Positions 37,487 through 53,030 of a stretch of DNA of 64,000 bases are shown here, one piece after another. Positions within the stretch are counted from its first letter, which is position 1. The number at the start of each line of letters is the position of its first letter. Location of the stretch: positions 16,182,001-16,246,000 of the forward strand of contig OZ024764.1 of the NCBI GenBank assembly GCA_964016885.1, given 5' to 3'. The notes under the pieces are model-generated. The model ran no database searches and was not told the DNA's origin. It saw only the letters and a list, made by a program, of their open reading frames with translations. Made by a program: the position numbers and the translations under genes. The stretch comes from Eledone cirrhosa (lineage: Eukaryota).

Positions 37487-40400
37487 CTTCAAAATGGCGT
37501 CTATATCTTGTATACATAACATACAGACACACACACACAAGCAAATGGCCGCTCTTTGTGTAGACTAAGATCGAAACCCTGACCACGATCACCACCGTCT
37601 CTAACTGGGCTACAAAAACACCTGGAAAATTAATCTTTATAAACCTATTTTCTATTTTGAAGGAAAATTGAGGTGGTGTCGTTCATGGCTTTCTTGATTT
37701 TATTAATACTACAAAAGGGTCGACATTGGCTTTTATTTTTCTGTGACTTTCATAAAATGTATGTTTACATAATTTCACACCCCTCTGGGATTGATTTGAT
37801 CCTAAAACCAGCAGATCTGCACTGATGTTCTTCAGCTGTCATGCCTAATAGTGAAACATAGATGTGTGTGTGTGTCTGTGTGTTATATTTCATCCTATGG
37901 AGATCTGCTCTGCAATAATGAATCTTTATTTCTATCAACCATTAATCATTTGTGTGTGTAAACACACACATATATATATATATATATATAGGAAAAAGTA
38001 TGACCCCGATGGCAGAGCTCAAGCCGTTACGACGGTTATTTCTAGACGTTATGGTTCATCTGGTTCCTTACCACAATTCCTTCGTTATATATATATATAT
38101 ATATATGTAAACACACCCATATATATATGTGTGTGTTTGTGATTTGAAAGTAAAACGATGATATAAGCATTTTTTTTATTTGTTTATAATTAAATAAAAT
38201 TAATTCTACAATCCCAGGTAAATTAGAGAGAGGAGGGTATCCTGGTTGGACACAGGTAGCACCGTATATAAACAGTAGCTTGTTGTACCTTAACTCTAAA
38301 CATGCGACGTTCACTGTTGTCAAGTATTTGGCACTCATGCTAAACCCGCTGCCAGTCAGAACTCTGCAGCGGTGAAAGAAGGTCGTGGTTTTTCTCTCCC
38401 CATTCACACACCACATAATTGTTTCTACTTTTGGCACAAGGCCAGCTATTACCCCAGTGTATTACTGGTACTTTATGGATGAAAGGCAAAGTCATCCTCG
38501 GCATAATACACAAGAGAAAGAAGCAAAGCGAGAATGTCTGTCTTTGAAAAGTAAAACTTATTACATCAACGATAGAAATAGTGTATGAATGTCAGAGTTT
38601 GGGGCACGAAACGTGGAATGGAGGAAGCAAAAAGTACGAATCATTTTGAGCCAAGCTGAATTTTTATTTGGAAGAAAGACAACTTCATCTACAACACCAA
38701 TACAATATACTGAAAATTGAAATGAAATTATTGCGGAGACAGTTTATAATATTATTGTGTTTAAAACTCACCTTCTTTTGAAGAAAAAATGTTTTGGGGG
38801 GAAGAGTTAATATGCAGCCAGACTTACACCTGGTTGTTGTACACATATTTTAATTGTAATTTGTGTACATTGAATATGTAGAACGCAAGGAGGTTTTGAG
38901 GTAAAACATATGCCTTTTATTGCACTCCCCCCAACGAATTGGGAATATATATGGATTTGAATTTAAAGCTGGCTTAACATAATAAAGAAACTAAAAACGT
39001 AAGTCGGATGATAGGAATAATAAAACACTACTTTATCTAGCTAAATACAAAAGAAAATTAAAACTCCAAATAAATGATATGTGTGATAGCACTTAAAATA
39101 TTGTTCTCTGGCATGGTGGCCCAATCTCGGAAATGACGGAAGCTATTGACGGAATCATAGAACAACTCGATTAGTAACGTATGTCTTGTGAAGAAAGATG
39201 TAAAAATTTACGAATGACAGCTTTAGTGGAGATAAAGTTAAGGGGAGACATGATAAAAACATAAATATTTAAACCTGAGTACACTATTCTAAATAAATGT
39301 AAATGCTAGAATTAATAAAATACAAACATGTTTTGGTATCGAATGTTGAGCTAAAAAAATGCGCTTCATATATATCCCTCCCCCAAGAGTTGGGAATATG
39401 TATGAATTGGAAATTAATGACGGCTAACTATGTTAAACAAAACGGAAAGTCGGATGATAATGGATAATAAAACATTCCTTTACCGACTGTGTATAAAAAA
39501 CAATGTTGGGAAGAGATTTATTTTTAAAGAGTTATTAGTGAATGGAATAATTTAAGTCGTTTAGTAAACGACGCCAAAGGAAATACTTTTAAAATTATAA
39601 ATATGACTGATATAAGATGGATAAATAGTTTAGAATATAATAGATGCTGAATAAATGTGAGGAGACAACACGCCAGTAAATTTAAACGTGGAACGACACA
39701 AAGGAAAAAGCGAAGTGAATCTCGCAACACCTCAACTGTCTTGGACATACTTATGGTTTAGTCTACGCTCTATTAAACTATTTCCTTATAATTCTTTTAT
39801 GATATTTTACAGAGATAATTTTGCTATGATGCAGCTTACGATTGTATACAGTTCGGTTCGATAATTCCTTTCATTTACTGAATACTTTCGATGTGTGTTT
39901 GTAGTAGACTAAATATAAAGTCGGACATTTATTCACCATGCCTTCCTATTTCATATTGACAACGTATAATATTAATCGGGATAATATCATAGATTTCCTA
40001 CACGAACATAATGTCATCTTTATAACTACGAATTGTGAATAAACTTGTAAATGTTAACACATTATTCCAAAAGAAAGTGTAAACCTAAAGAGGAAGTGAC
40101 TATTTGGCTGCTTATAAGAAATATTGATTTCTACAATAGGCACAAGGCCAGCAATTTGGGGGGGAGGGGAAGTCGATTAAATCGACCCCAGTGCGTTACT
40201 GGTACTTTGTTTTACGGACAGCTTAAAGATGAAAAGCAAAGCTAACCTCGGCGGGATTTGAACTCAGAATTTAAAGGGACGTAACTCCATGCCGCGAAGA
40301 CACTAAGGGACGTAACTCTAAGACACTAAATACATCAGAAACTTTCAACAAAATCATAAATGTAAACCATTGAAAATATATATCTGCAGCATATGTATGA

Positions 40401-41041
40401 TTAAAATAGATATGAGCAAATAAATTGTGAATCATTAAACTCTACTTATGTGGCTTTAGTGAAGGTGTGTGGCTGAGTGGTTAGAGAATTGGATTCGCAA
40501 TCGTAAGGTTGTGAGTTCGATTCCTGGACCAGGCGATGCGTTATGTCCTTGAGCAAGACACTTTATTTCACGTTGCTCCTTCTACCTGGAGTTGCGACCG
40601 ATAGATAGTAATAGCAATAGGAAAGACTAACGGGAACATTGTTCCCTCGGTCCGATTTGACGAAAGTCGATCGTCTTTCTTCTCTCTCTATGTGGCTTTA
40701 TTTATATCGTGAAATGTTGTCAGACATTAAATTGTGGCTATGATTGTCTTTACATTAGAGTGTTTGATTCAAATCTGTTTGTGTGAGTGTTGTAGATTTG
40801 ATGCTACGGAGGTCTGTTCAGCAATAATGAAACTTTAATCGTTTTTTTTTTAAAGAACATTGTTTAACTTATTAAATAAATTCTTTTTAGATTATTCGTA
40901 CCTCCTGAATATGGTTACTTTCGATACTGACTCCCTGCCTGGATTATTGGTTCTGGCATTGCTGTTCTGGGCGGCTTAAATTTAATCCATAAGAACACAA
41001 GAATCTAAAAATGAAATGTTGCATACAGACAGACCTTACGT

Positions 41042-41155
41042 TTATCCTAGGTATTTTGACAAATGTCTCGATGTCCATTGTTTTGAAAAATAGTACAATA
41101 AAGAAATGCCATCATCTAGTAATCCTTGATAATAATCCAATGTTGTTGCAGCCAT
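41042..41155 (-). CDS. candidate microprotein A, 37 aa, MAATTLDYYQGLLDDGISLLYYFSKQWTSRHLSKYLG
   Basis: accATGG context; paralogous to 44889-44975 with synonymous changes; gtaagg donor 2 nt after the stop. Confidence 0.45.
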   Translation of the reverse strand: MAATTLDYYQGLLDDGISLLYYFSKQWTSRHLSKYLG

Positions 41156-42211
41156 GGTAAATGGTAAGAAAAAACAAAAATAAAAGACACATTCAGCAGT
41201 TAATGCAGTGAAAACAAACAATAAAAATATAATTACTAAATAAAAATAATTCCTTACTTTCATTCATTTGTTTTTTGTTATCGTTTTTAAATATAATTAA
41301 AATTTGTTTAATAAGTTATTTTTCATTACAATTTTATACATATTATAATTATATGTATATTATATTATATAGGAATCAGGTTTATCAATTTACGAGAACG
41401 TCGCATCAAGTTCAAATCTTTCTCCCACACAATACTTAGGTATGGCAGATTTGAAGTTAGTAGAGATTATTGCAGATAGTCAATGTAGGTTCAAATAAAC
41501 CCTAGAACTATGAATAACAAAAGCAAGTTATAATTTATCAAAGTTCCGGTGGGATGAAAGACAAGGTCGGTCCCTTTGTTGCGAGACTAACAGAGACGGG
41601 AAAGCCATGAAGGCCACCACGTCAATTTCGCTTCCAAACAGAAAGTAGGTTCATATATAATAATATGTAGTCTGTTTTTAAAACCGCCTTGGTGGCGTAG
41701 TGGTAAGTATAAGAGATGGTGGGTATCCTGGTCGTGGGTTCAATCTTGGTCCAGATCTACATTTAGAGAATGTTGTTAATTTTTTTAATCTTATGAGACA
41801 AAAAATGAAAACATTCTGTGCAGATCTTACCCGAGATTGAACTCCAGACAAGGATCTTCACCGTCTCTGACACCACTAGGCTACCGAGACAACTACAAAT
41901 ACGTACTGACAAGTAATATTTATAAACCTACTTTCTATTTCGAAGTAAAAATTCCGTGGTGATGTTCATGGCATTCTCCGTCTAATTCATACTACAAAAG
42001 GGGTCAACATTGGGTTTTAATTATCTGGGGCTTTCATAAAACATAACTCGATTCAAATTGTCATCATTTAAGGGTTGATTTCCTTGATTTCACAACAATC
42101 TGATCTGCCGTGCCCCTAAATATATACGTGTGTGTGCGTGTGTTTTAGATTGATGCTACAGTGATGTGCTCAGCAAATATTTCTCCCCAATTCTGTCACC
42201 CCACAATCATT

Positions 42212-42284
<73 letters not shown>

Positions 42285-43039
42285 ATACACATACGTGAGT
42301 GAGAGTGTGTCTATGATTTAAACGTACAACAACGCTATATACATCATATCTCTGTTAACAATTAAATAATTAAATAAAAGTAATTCTACAATCCCAGCTA
42401 AAGATGGAAACACACACTACACATTATAGCAATAACCACGACATAACAGTTTCTTGTTAAATATAGCCTATTGCAATTGTTGGTAGCGCTTGAAACCCTG
42501 TCACTCTGTCTCACTGCTGAATCATGAAGGACAGGGCTTCGGAAAATGTTGAGGAAAAAAAAGAGTAATTTCTCCAGGTTTGGTTCATCTCTCCGATTTA
42601 CACGGTATATAAATGATGTTTACCACTGTCGAGTACTTACCAGTCTTACTAAACACCATCAGTTAGCTTTGTGCAGCGGTGAAAGAAGGTCGTGTTATTC
42701 TTTTCCTCTTCACATACAACAAACATTTTTTATTCAACAGATAACAATACACACGAGAAAGAATCAAACAGAATGTAAGTCTTTGAAATGAAAAATGTTA
42801 TTACATTGGAGCAAAATCATGAATTAATGTAGAAACATCAGAGTTTGTGGCACTAAACGTGGAATGAACGAAGCAACAAAATGAATTAATTTGAGACAAG
42901 CTGGTGATTATAAGGACAAATGACTTCATCTTCAACAGTAATACAATTGAAATTAGAAATTGTTTGAAATGGAACCTTCACAGAGACATCTAGCAGTAAT
43001 ATTTGGAATATAAGACAAACCAAATTTTGAAGAAAAATG

Positions 43040-44850
43040 TCTGATGTGTCAATATATCAAATTTAACCTGTTTACAACAGAAGTGTCAACACCAGTAAAT
43101 AAAGCGGTGTCTTAATCAAACGTAGACACACGGACGAGTTACGAATAATCTAAACTTATTGTTATATTTTTTGGCAATATGAGGACAACATGCCCTCCCG
43201 AAATATAACAATATCTCTTTCAACACACGATTTCATATTTAAAAAAAACAACCTTCAAAACAAATAACGCCGTTAATCTAAATTTAGTTTTATAAAAAGT
43301 AAACAATATTTGAAGAAAAACAAACAGTATTAAATGATTTGAAACAAACAGACGAAAGCAAAGACAATCACAGCCATATTTTAATGTGTGACGATAGCAG
43401 TAAACAAGGCAATGTCTTAATCAAACGTAGACACACACAAGTTACGAATAATCTAAACTTAATGTTATATTTGGGGAGGGTCATGTTGTCATAATAGTGC
43501 GAAAAAAATTAACTAAATTATTTATATAAATATAAAAATATGCTGAAGCGAAAACCAAACCAAACAGTGTGATGCATCTATAAAAACAACTATTTTGCAC
43601 AGCAGCGAGACCTGGGCTCTGTGTGCAGGGGACCTGCGAAGATCGGAAAGAAATGAAGTCTCCACACTTCGATGGATGTGTAATAGCAATATACGTGAAT
43701 GGCAAAGCATTAATGAAATACGCGAGAAATTAGGCATAAGAGGGATCAGATGTTGTGTGGAGAGGAGATTGTGTTGGTAAGGACATGTGATGCATATGAA
43801 GGATGCTAACTGTATAAAAAGATGCAGAATGCTCGAAGTTGGTGGTAACCATGGAGTAGGCAGTCCTAGGAAAACTTGGGATGAGGTAATAAGAGCTGAC
43901 CTTTCACAATTACACCTCACCAAGGCTATGACACAGGACCGTCACCTCTGGTGTTGTGAAGTATTACAGAACACCCGCCCTCTATACTTAGTTGGCAACA
44001 CCATTCCCTACCATCTCCCCTCTCATAAACCTCTCTTCTACCTACGTCCCCAATTTCCCAAAGCATATTCTCTCCACTCCTCCCAAGTTTCCAACCTTGT
44101 CTATAAAGTGATCCCCCACCCCCTGGAGTCACACCAAAAGAGCCCAGCTCACACTGTAGTGGTCATATAGGTGTCATGACAAAAGTGAGCGCCCAGTCTA
44201 CACTATAAAGTGGTCGTGTAGGCGAGCAGCAAAACACACCCAGTACACACTGTAAAGTGGTCGTGTAGGTGAGCAGCAAAACACACCCAGTACACACTGT
44301 AAAGTGGTCGTGTAGGCGAGCAGCAAAACACACCCAGTACACACTGTAAAGTGGTCGTGTAGGTGAGCAGCAAAACACACCCAGTACACACTGTAAAGTG
44401 GTCGTGTAGGCGAGCAGCAAAACACACCCAGTACACACTGTAAAGTGGTTGGCGTTAGTAAGGACATCCAGTCGTAGAAACCAAGCCAGTTCTGTTGGGT
44501 GAGGGAATTCATGGTCCCCCGACCTGATCCTTCACAAAGGGACAGCCCGTCCTACCCATGTTAGCGTGAAAGATGGACGATGATGATTGTTTACCTTTTA
44601 TAAAACTAAGTTTAGATTAGCGGCGATGTATTTGTTTTGAGGGTAATTTTTTAAAATATGGAATCGTGTGTTGAAAGAGATATTATATTTGGGGAGGGCC
44701 ATGTTGTCCTCATATTGCCAAAAAATATAACAATACATTTAGATTATTCGTAACTGGACTGTGTCTACGTTTGATTAAGACACTGCCTTGTTTACTGGTG
44801 TGGTCACCTTTGTCGTAAAGAGGTTAAATTGATATATTGACACATCAGAA
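43040..44850. repeat. inverted repeat of about 265 bp (43040-43308/44586-44850) enclosing RTE and SINE fragments
   Basis: tctgatgtgtcaatatatcaa...aaaagtaaacaat versus its reverse complement; RTE motifs HSSETWAL, ERRLCW inside. Confidence 0.85.
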
Positions 44851-44888
44851 ATTAAACTGAAATGTTGAGTAAAATACAGACCTTACGT

Positions 44889-44975
44889 TTATCCCAGGTA
44901 TTTCGATAGATATCCCGATGTCCTCTGTTTGCAAAATAAAACTTCGTAATCATCCAATTTTGCCGCAGGTGCCAT
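44889..44975 (-). CDS. candidate microprotein B, 28 aa, MAPAAKLDDYEVLFCKQRTSGYLSKYLG
   Basis: manually translated; same start, LD-x-Y and KQ-x-TS-x-x-LSKYLG-stop plus the same downstream donor as copy A. Confidence 0.45.
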   Translation of the reverse strand: MAPAAKLDDYEVLFCKQRTSGYLSKYLG

Positions 44976-45221
44976 TAACACAGGTAAACACAACAAACGG
45001 CAAACTGACCAATTATTGTCGTGAAAACAAAATTAAAAAAAGTATTTAATTGATGGCCTTCTCTCCGTATATTTCGGTATGTTAAAGTTTATTCAATCTA
45101 AATAGAAGAAAAGGGAATTAAAAGTCCAGTGAAAAAAAATTAACGTTTAAATACATAACAAAAGTCTCTCTTTCTCTCTAAAAAATGACAGAAAGAAGGA
45201 CACGAATAAATAAATATATAT

Positions 45222-46912
<1,691 letters not shown>

Positions 46913-47644
46913 ATACACACACACATTTATTTACTATATATATAATATATACATATATATATATGTCTGTGTGTGTATACTATATATATATATATGTACA
47001 GGGAGGTGGAAGCATTTCAGAATTTTTCTTTGGGGGGTGCAAATCCCCCTCTTTATATCAATTAGCACTAACTCTCTCCCTCTCTATATCTACTACACGA
47101 CACTCTCTTCCAATACCCCTCTCTATATCAAGTAACACCAAACTCTCCCCCTCTCTATATATTAAGCACTAAGTCAGGAATTTTTTTCTTCTTTCGTGCA
47201 GAGAGAGTAAAGTTGATTAAATCTAACCCGGTGAATTACTGGTATTTTATTTAATAAAAATTAAAATTTACTATTTGTCTTCGTTTAATTTTCGTTTTTC
47301 TTTACAAAGTTTCGTTTCGTTAAATGTCTCCAGAATTTGTTTTTACTTTTACCGGATATTGAAGGTGTAAACTTGTTGTTGTCGAGAAACGTGTTAGAAA
47401 TATTTTTCTTTTAATTGTGAAGAATTTAACCGCAAAGTAAGTTTTTTTACTGTTTATTTGTGGCTGGGACAACGTATGGTATGTGTTAATGTAAATGGTG
47501 AAGGTTTAAAGATTCTTTTTACAACTGAAAATCAGTTTGTTGTTGCTGCCAATTACTTAACACATGGAATGGATTTAAAAAATACAGGATTGTTTCTCGG
47601 AAGAGAGAAAGAAGAAACAAAACAAATCACAGAAGCGGGTAGCA

Positions 47645-48140
47645 CACACATTTGGGACCACATACAACACATAAACAGGTAATCCACACATCTGGGACCA
47701 CATACAACACACTAGCAGGTAATACATACATCTAGGACTACATACAACACATAAACAGGTAATACATACATCTAGGACCACATAACCAGGTAATACACAC
47801 ATCTAGGACTACATACAACACACAAGCAGGTAATATATACATCTAAGACCACATACAACACACAAGCAGGTAATACACACAAGCGTGTATCACACACATC
47901 TGGGACCACATACAACACACCAGCAGGTAATACATACATCTAGGACCACATAAACAGGTAATACATACATCTAGGACCACATAACCAGGTAATACACACA
48001 TCTAGGACTACATACAACACCCAAGCAGGTAATACACACATCTAGGACTACATACAACACCCAAGCAGGTAATACACACATCTAGGACTACATACAACAC
48101 ATAACCAGGTAATACACACATCCGGGACCACATACAACCA
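47645..48140. repeat. minisatellite of about 40 bp
   Basis: acacatctaggactacatacaacac..agcaggtaatac repeated. Confidence 0.9.
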
Positions 48141-48188
48141 AAGGCAGGCAAAAGATAACAGTATCGCGAGGAGCACTGGGAAACCTCT

Positions 48189-48390
48189 CTAATGATTTTT
48201 TAGGCAAGCCAGCACGTCTTCAGCGTTACCTCGGGCGATGGCGAGGCTGAGGAGCTGGAACAACCAAGTGCCCTCATGAGCTTCACCAGTCACCTTCGTC
48301 AGGCTAGCCGCCAGTGAAGATAGGAATCTCACAGTCAGTATCCCGACTCCCCCAAACGCCACAGGCTGGAAAAGGTAGTTGGCTGACAGA
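48189..48390 (-). mobile_element. CRE-like non-LTR retrotransposon 3' fragment
   Basis: YLFQPVAF...WLFQLLSLAIARGNA, typical end of REL-endonuclease ORFs. Confidence 0.6.
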
Positions 48391-48516
48391 TCTAAAGGAG
48401 GGGCGTGCAACAGGCGGCCCGCGGGCCACAATCGAGCCCACCTGACCAGTCAGAGTGGCCCGCAATGACTGTTGTAGGCTTATTTAGAATTTTTTCCATA
48501 CCCGTAATACTTCTGT

Positions 48517-49430
48517 TAGTTGACCTATACTAAAGGACTTCACTGATAGGGTTATATGTGTTATAGTTTCCCAGTTGACCTATACTAAAGGACTTCACTG
48601 ATAGGGTTATATGTGTTATAGTTTCCCAGAGGGCTTCACTGATAGGGTTATATGTGTTATAGTTTCCCAGTTGACCTATACTAAAGGACTTCACTGATAG
48701 GGTTATATGTGTTATAGTTTCCCAGTTGACCTATACTAAAGGACTTCACTGATAGGGTTATATGTGTTATAGTTTCCCAGTTGACCTATACTAAAGGACT
48801 TCACTGATAGGGTTATATGTGTTATAATTTCCCAGTTGACCTATACTAAAGGACTTCACTGATAGGGTTATATGTGTTATAGTTTCCCAGTTGACCTATA
48901 CTAAAGGACTTCACTGATAGGGTTATATGTGTTATAATTTCCCAGTTGACCTATACTAAAGGACTTCACTGATAGGGTTATATGTGTTATAGTTTCCCAG
49001 TTGACCTATACTAAAGGACTTCACTGATAGGGTTATATGTGTTATAATTTCCCAGTTGACCTATACTAAAGGACTTCACTGATAGGGTTATATGTGTTAT
49101 AGTTTCCCAGTTGACCTATACTAAAGGACTTCACTGATAGGGTTATATGTGTTATAGTTTCCCAGTTGACCTATACTAAAGGACTTCACTGATAGGGTTA
49201 TATGTGTTATAGTTTCCCAGTTGACCTATACTAAAGGACTTCACTGATAGGGTTATATGTGTTATAGTTTCCCAGTTGACCTATACTAAAGGGCTTCACT
49301 GATAGGGTTATATGTGTTATAGTTTCCCAGTTGACCTATACCAAAGGGCTTCACTGATAGGGTTATATGTGTTATAGTTTCCCAGTTGACCTATACTAAA
49401 GGGCTTCACTGATAGGGTTATATGTGTTAT
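48517..49430. repeat. 55-bp minisatellite, about 16 copies
   Basis: agttgacctatactaaaggacttcactgatagggttatatgtgttatagtttccc. Confidence 0.96.
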
Positions 49431-49639
49431 ATACCAACACCCCACATCTATTCACCAAAATATCAAAATTCAGTTGTCTGTTATTTTCAATTGTTTTTTT
49501 ATTTTCATTTTTACATTCATTTTTTCCAAATTTTGATTAAATTTTGATTAAATTTCTTTATTGTTGGTTGAGCTTGTACAATAAAAAAAACTGTTTCCTT
49601 GCCTCCATGGTATTTTTCTTAGTTTTTTTTGTGTCAGAA

Positions 49640-50587
49640 AGAGAATATGAGCACCTTTTTGAATTCCATGTGTCTAACACCCGTGTACATGCCTACAAAA
49701 TCAGAAAACAGCACAGCTCCCATGACTTTCGGAAACATTGTTTCACGTTCAGAGTTGCTGAAGCATGAAACAAACTACCTGCATCAGTTGTTAGCTGTCG
49801 AGACACTGCATCCTTTAAAACCTCCATGGAACAAACTCCCTGCATCAGTTGTTAGCTGTCGAGACACTGCATCCTTTAAAACCTCCATGGAACAAACTCC
49901 CTGCATCAGTTGTTAGCTGTCGAGACACTGCATCCTTTAAAACCTCCATGGAACAAACTCCCTGCATCAGTTGTTAGCTGTCGAGACACTGCATCCTTTA
50001 AAACCTCCATGGAACAAACTCCCTGCATCAGTTGTTAGCTGTCGAGACACTGCATCCTTTAAAACCTCCATGGAACAAACTCCCTGCATCAGTTGTTAGC
50101 TGTCGAGACACTGCATCCTTTAAAACCTCCATGGAACAAACTCCCTGCATCAGTTGTTAGCTGTCGAGACACTGCATCCTTTAAAACCTCCATGGAACAA
50201 ACTCCCTGCATCAGTTGTTAGCTGTCGAGACACTGCATCCTTTAAAACCTCCATGGAACAAACTCCCTGCATCAGTTGTTAGCTGTCGAGACACTGCATC
50301 CTTTAAAACCTCCATGGAACAAACTACCTGCATCAGTTGTTAGCTGTCGAGACACTGCATCCTTTAAAACCTCCATGGAACAAACTACCTGCATTAGTTG
50401 TTAGCTGTCGAGACACTACATCCTTTAAAACCTCCATGGAACAAACTCCCTGCATCAGTTGTTAGCTGTCGAGACACTACATCCTTTAAAACCTCCATGG
50501 AACAAACTCCCTGCATCAGTTGTTAGCTGTCGAGACACTGCATCCTTTAAAACCTCCATGGAACAAACTACCTGCATCAGTTGTTAG
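49640..50587 (+). repeat. CR1-type LINE 3' end expanded into a 61-bp minisatellite (about 13 copies, 49767-50587)
   Basis: TRVHAYKIRKQ...FRKHCFTFRV then the (W)NKLPASVV motif, which is the tandem unit. Confidence 0.88.
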
Positions 50588-50916
50588 GTAATATCCCCCC
50601 TCCACACACACACATGTATATCATGACTCATACACTGTTCACTTTCCTGACATTTGTACATTATTCTATATACTATACATGCACCTTTGATGAGTTGTAG
50701 TGCACCTTAGCACTGTACACAATAATTCATTATTATTATTTTTTTATGACCACATTTCTAATGAAATACACTCTCTTTCAATTAATTAATGAAGAATTTT
50801 GAAGAATTTACTAAACTTATTAATTATTTCCTCTCTCTCTCTCACTGTCTGCCAGTCTCCCTCCCTCTCTCTCTCTCTACATCATCTAACTCTCTCTCTT
50901 TCTCTCTCTATTTCAG

Positions 50917-50981
50917 ATCTGATATGTTTCAACAATTCCTTTCGTATGATGACATCCAAAATTGTTCGCTACCGTTGTGAG
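50917..50981 (+). other. candidate exon of an unidentified gene
   Basis: CTAAC at 50886, long pyrimidine tract plus ttcag, gag|gtaatc donor; one open frame LICFNNSFRMMTSKIVRYRCE. Confidence 0.45.
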
Positions 50982-51074
50982 GTAATCCAGCCCTGACGAC
51001 GACTGTGGCGATGACAGCGATGATAATGACGATGACAGTGGCGATGACAGCAACGTAGGACACAGGCCTTAATA

Positions 51075-51730
51075 AGACACAGAGACACCTAGGGTACAGA
51101 TCTCAGTGAGATACCCAGCTACCCAGGGTACAGACCTTAGAGAGACACAGAGCCACCTAGGGTACAGACCTTAGAGAGACACAGAGCCACCTAGGGTACA
51201 GATCTCAGTGAGATACCCAGCTACCCAGGGTACAGACCTTAGAGAGACACAGAGCCACCTAGGGTACAGACCTTAGAGAGACACAGAGCCACCTAGGGTA
51301 CAGACCTTAGAGAGACACAGAGCCACCTAGGGTACAGACCTTAGAGAGACACAGAGCCACCTAGGGTACAGACCTTAGAGAGACACAGAGACACCTAGGG
51401 TACAGACCTTAGTGAGATACCCAGCTACCCAGGGTACAGACCTTAGAGAGACACAGAGCCACCTAGGGTACAGACCTTAGAGAGACACAGAGCCACCTAG
51501 GGTACAGACCTTAGAGAGACACAGAGCCACCTAGGGTACAGATCTCAGTGAGATACCCAGCCACCTAGGGTACAGACCTTAGAGAGACACAGAGCCACCT
51601 AGGGTACAGACCTTAGAGAGACACAGAGCCACCTAGGGTACAGATCTCAGTGAGACACAGAACCACCTAGGGTACAGAGAGATACAGAGACACCTAGGGT
51701 AGAGAGAGACAGACAACCAGCTAGGGTACA
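51075..51730. repeat. 34-bp minisatellite
   Basis: cctagggtacagaccttagagagacacagagcca with a second variant unit. Confidence 0.93.
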
Positions 51731-52634
51731 GATATCAGATAGGTACATTACTGAACCTTAAAGTATCACAGTTTTATACAGGGCTGGTGCTACCATTAGG
51801 GCCAACTAGGGTACATTACAGAACCTTAAGGACATACTTAGTTCCTCTACAACAATATAATATACACATTACCTAGTCTGGTATTATGAAGGCCCTGAAC
51901 AAGGATATTAAAAGCTACACTTAATACACAGTGGTGTTAGGAAGGCCCAGAACAAGGATATAAAATGCTACACTCAGTACACAGTAATGTTAGGAAGGCT
52001 CTGAACAAGGATATCCAAATCTACACTTAGAACACAGTAATGTTAGGAAGGCTCTGAACAAGGATATCCAAATCTACACTTAGTACACAGTGATGTTGCA
52101 GGCAGGTATGACCCCATAACTCATTATAAAACCTGGCAGAGTACATCTCCTATCCAGGTCTGAATAAAAGACAGAGTGAGAAAGAGATATAGAGGAAGAA
52201 TTAACCCCTAGTATTTGACTGGTACTTTATTATCAACCCCGAATGTAATAAAAGTAAAGTTGAACTCAGAATAAAGAACTGGAAAAAATACTACAAAGAA
52301 TTCTATCTGATGATCTAACAATTCTACCTTATGTACATGTGTTTATCTCTAGAGATAAGAAAAAAAACTGAAGAAGTTTAATATGAACCCTTTCAAGTAT
52401 CTCCTAAATAGGATTGAACCCCAGACCAGAACCTCCACCTGCTCTGGTATCTCCCACCAGACCACCATGAAGGCTATAGGAATCTACTGAAATTTAATAC
52501 TTATAAATCTACTTTCAAAATCGAAATAAAAATGATGTGGTGTTGTTTATGCCTTTCTTAATGTATTTGGTTTAAAAGGTAGTTAAACCTAAAATTTCAA
52601 TATTCAAATTATTATTGAATAGATACTCGCTGTT

Positions 52635-53030
52635 CTCAACAGGTCCCGGAGATGGCAAGCGCCCCGACGGAATCACTCTCTTCCCATTCGAAGGAGGTAG
52701 GTCCCTCGTGTGGGACACCACCAGCAACGACACAATCTCCGCCTCCAACTTCGTTTCCAAGTCGTTTCGGCCACAAACCCCGGCATCGCCGCCCACTTCT
52801 CAGAAGAACGTAAAATAAACAAATACCGAGGATTGTCCGGCCGCTTCCTCTCTGCACCAGTCAATATCGAGACCTCAGGGGTACTTGGACCCCGTACTGC
52901 CGAGCTCCTCCGTAGGATCGAAGCGTCGGCGGCCCGTCTGAGGAGGGAACCCCGCCAGGTTGGGTGGTTATTACATTGGGTATAACTGGTCATCGTCCGT
53001 GAGAATACTTTTGCCATCTTGTCCGTGGGG
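52635..53030 (+). mobile_element. CRE-like REL-endonuclease retrotransposon fragment
   Basis: GDGKRPDGITLFPFEGGRSLVWDTT, ERKINKY, PVNIETSGVLGP. Confidence 0.75.

Noticed and set aside
41040-41078. Alternative frame MDIETFVKIPRIN resembling an RPA3 N-terminus
   Set aside because: The paralogous copy lacks the ATG, substitutions are synonymous in the other frame, and no further RPA3 exons were found
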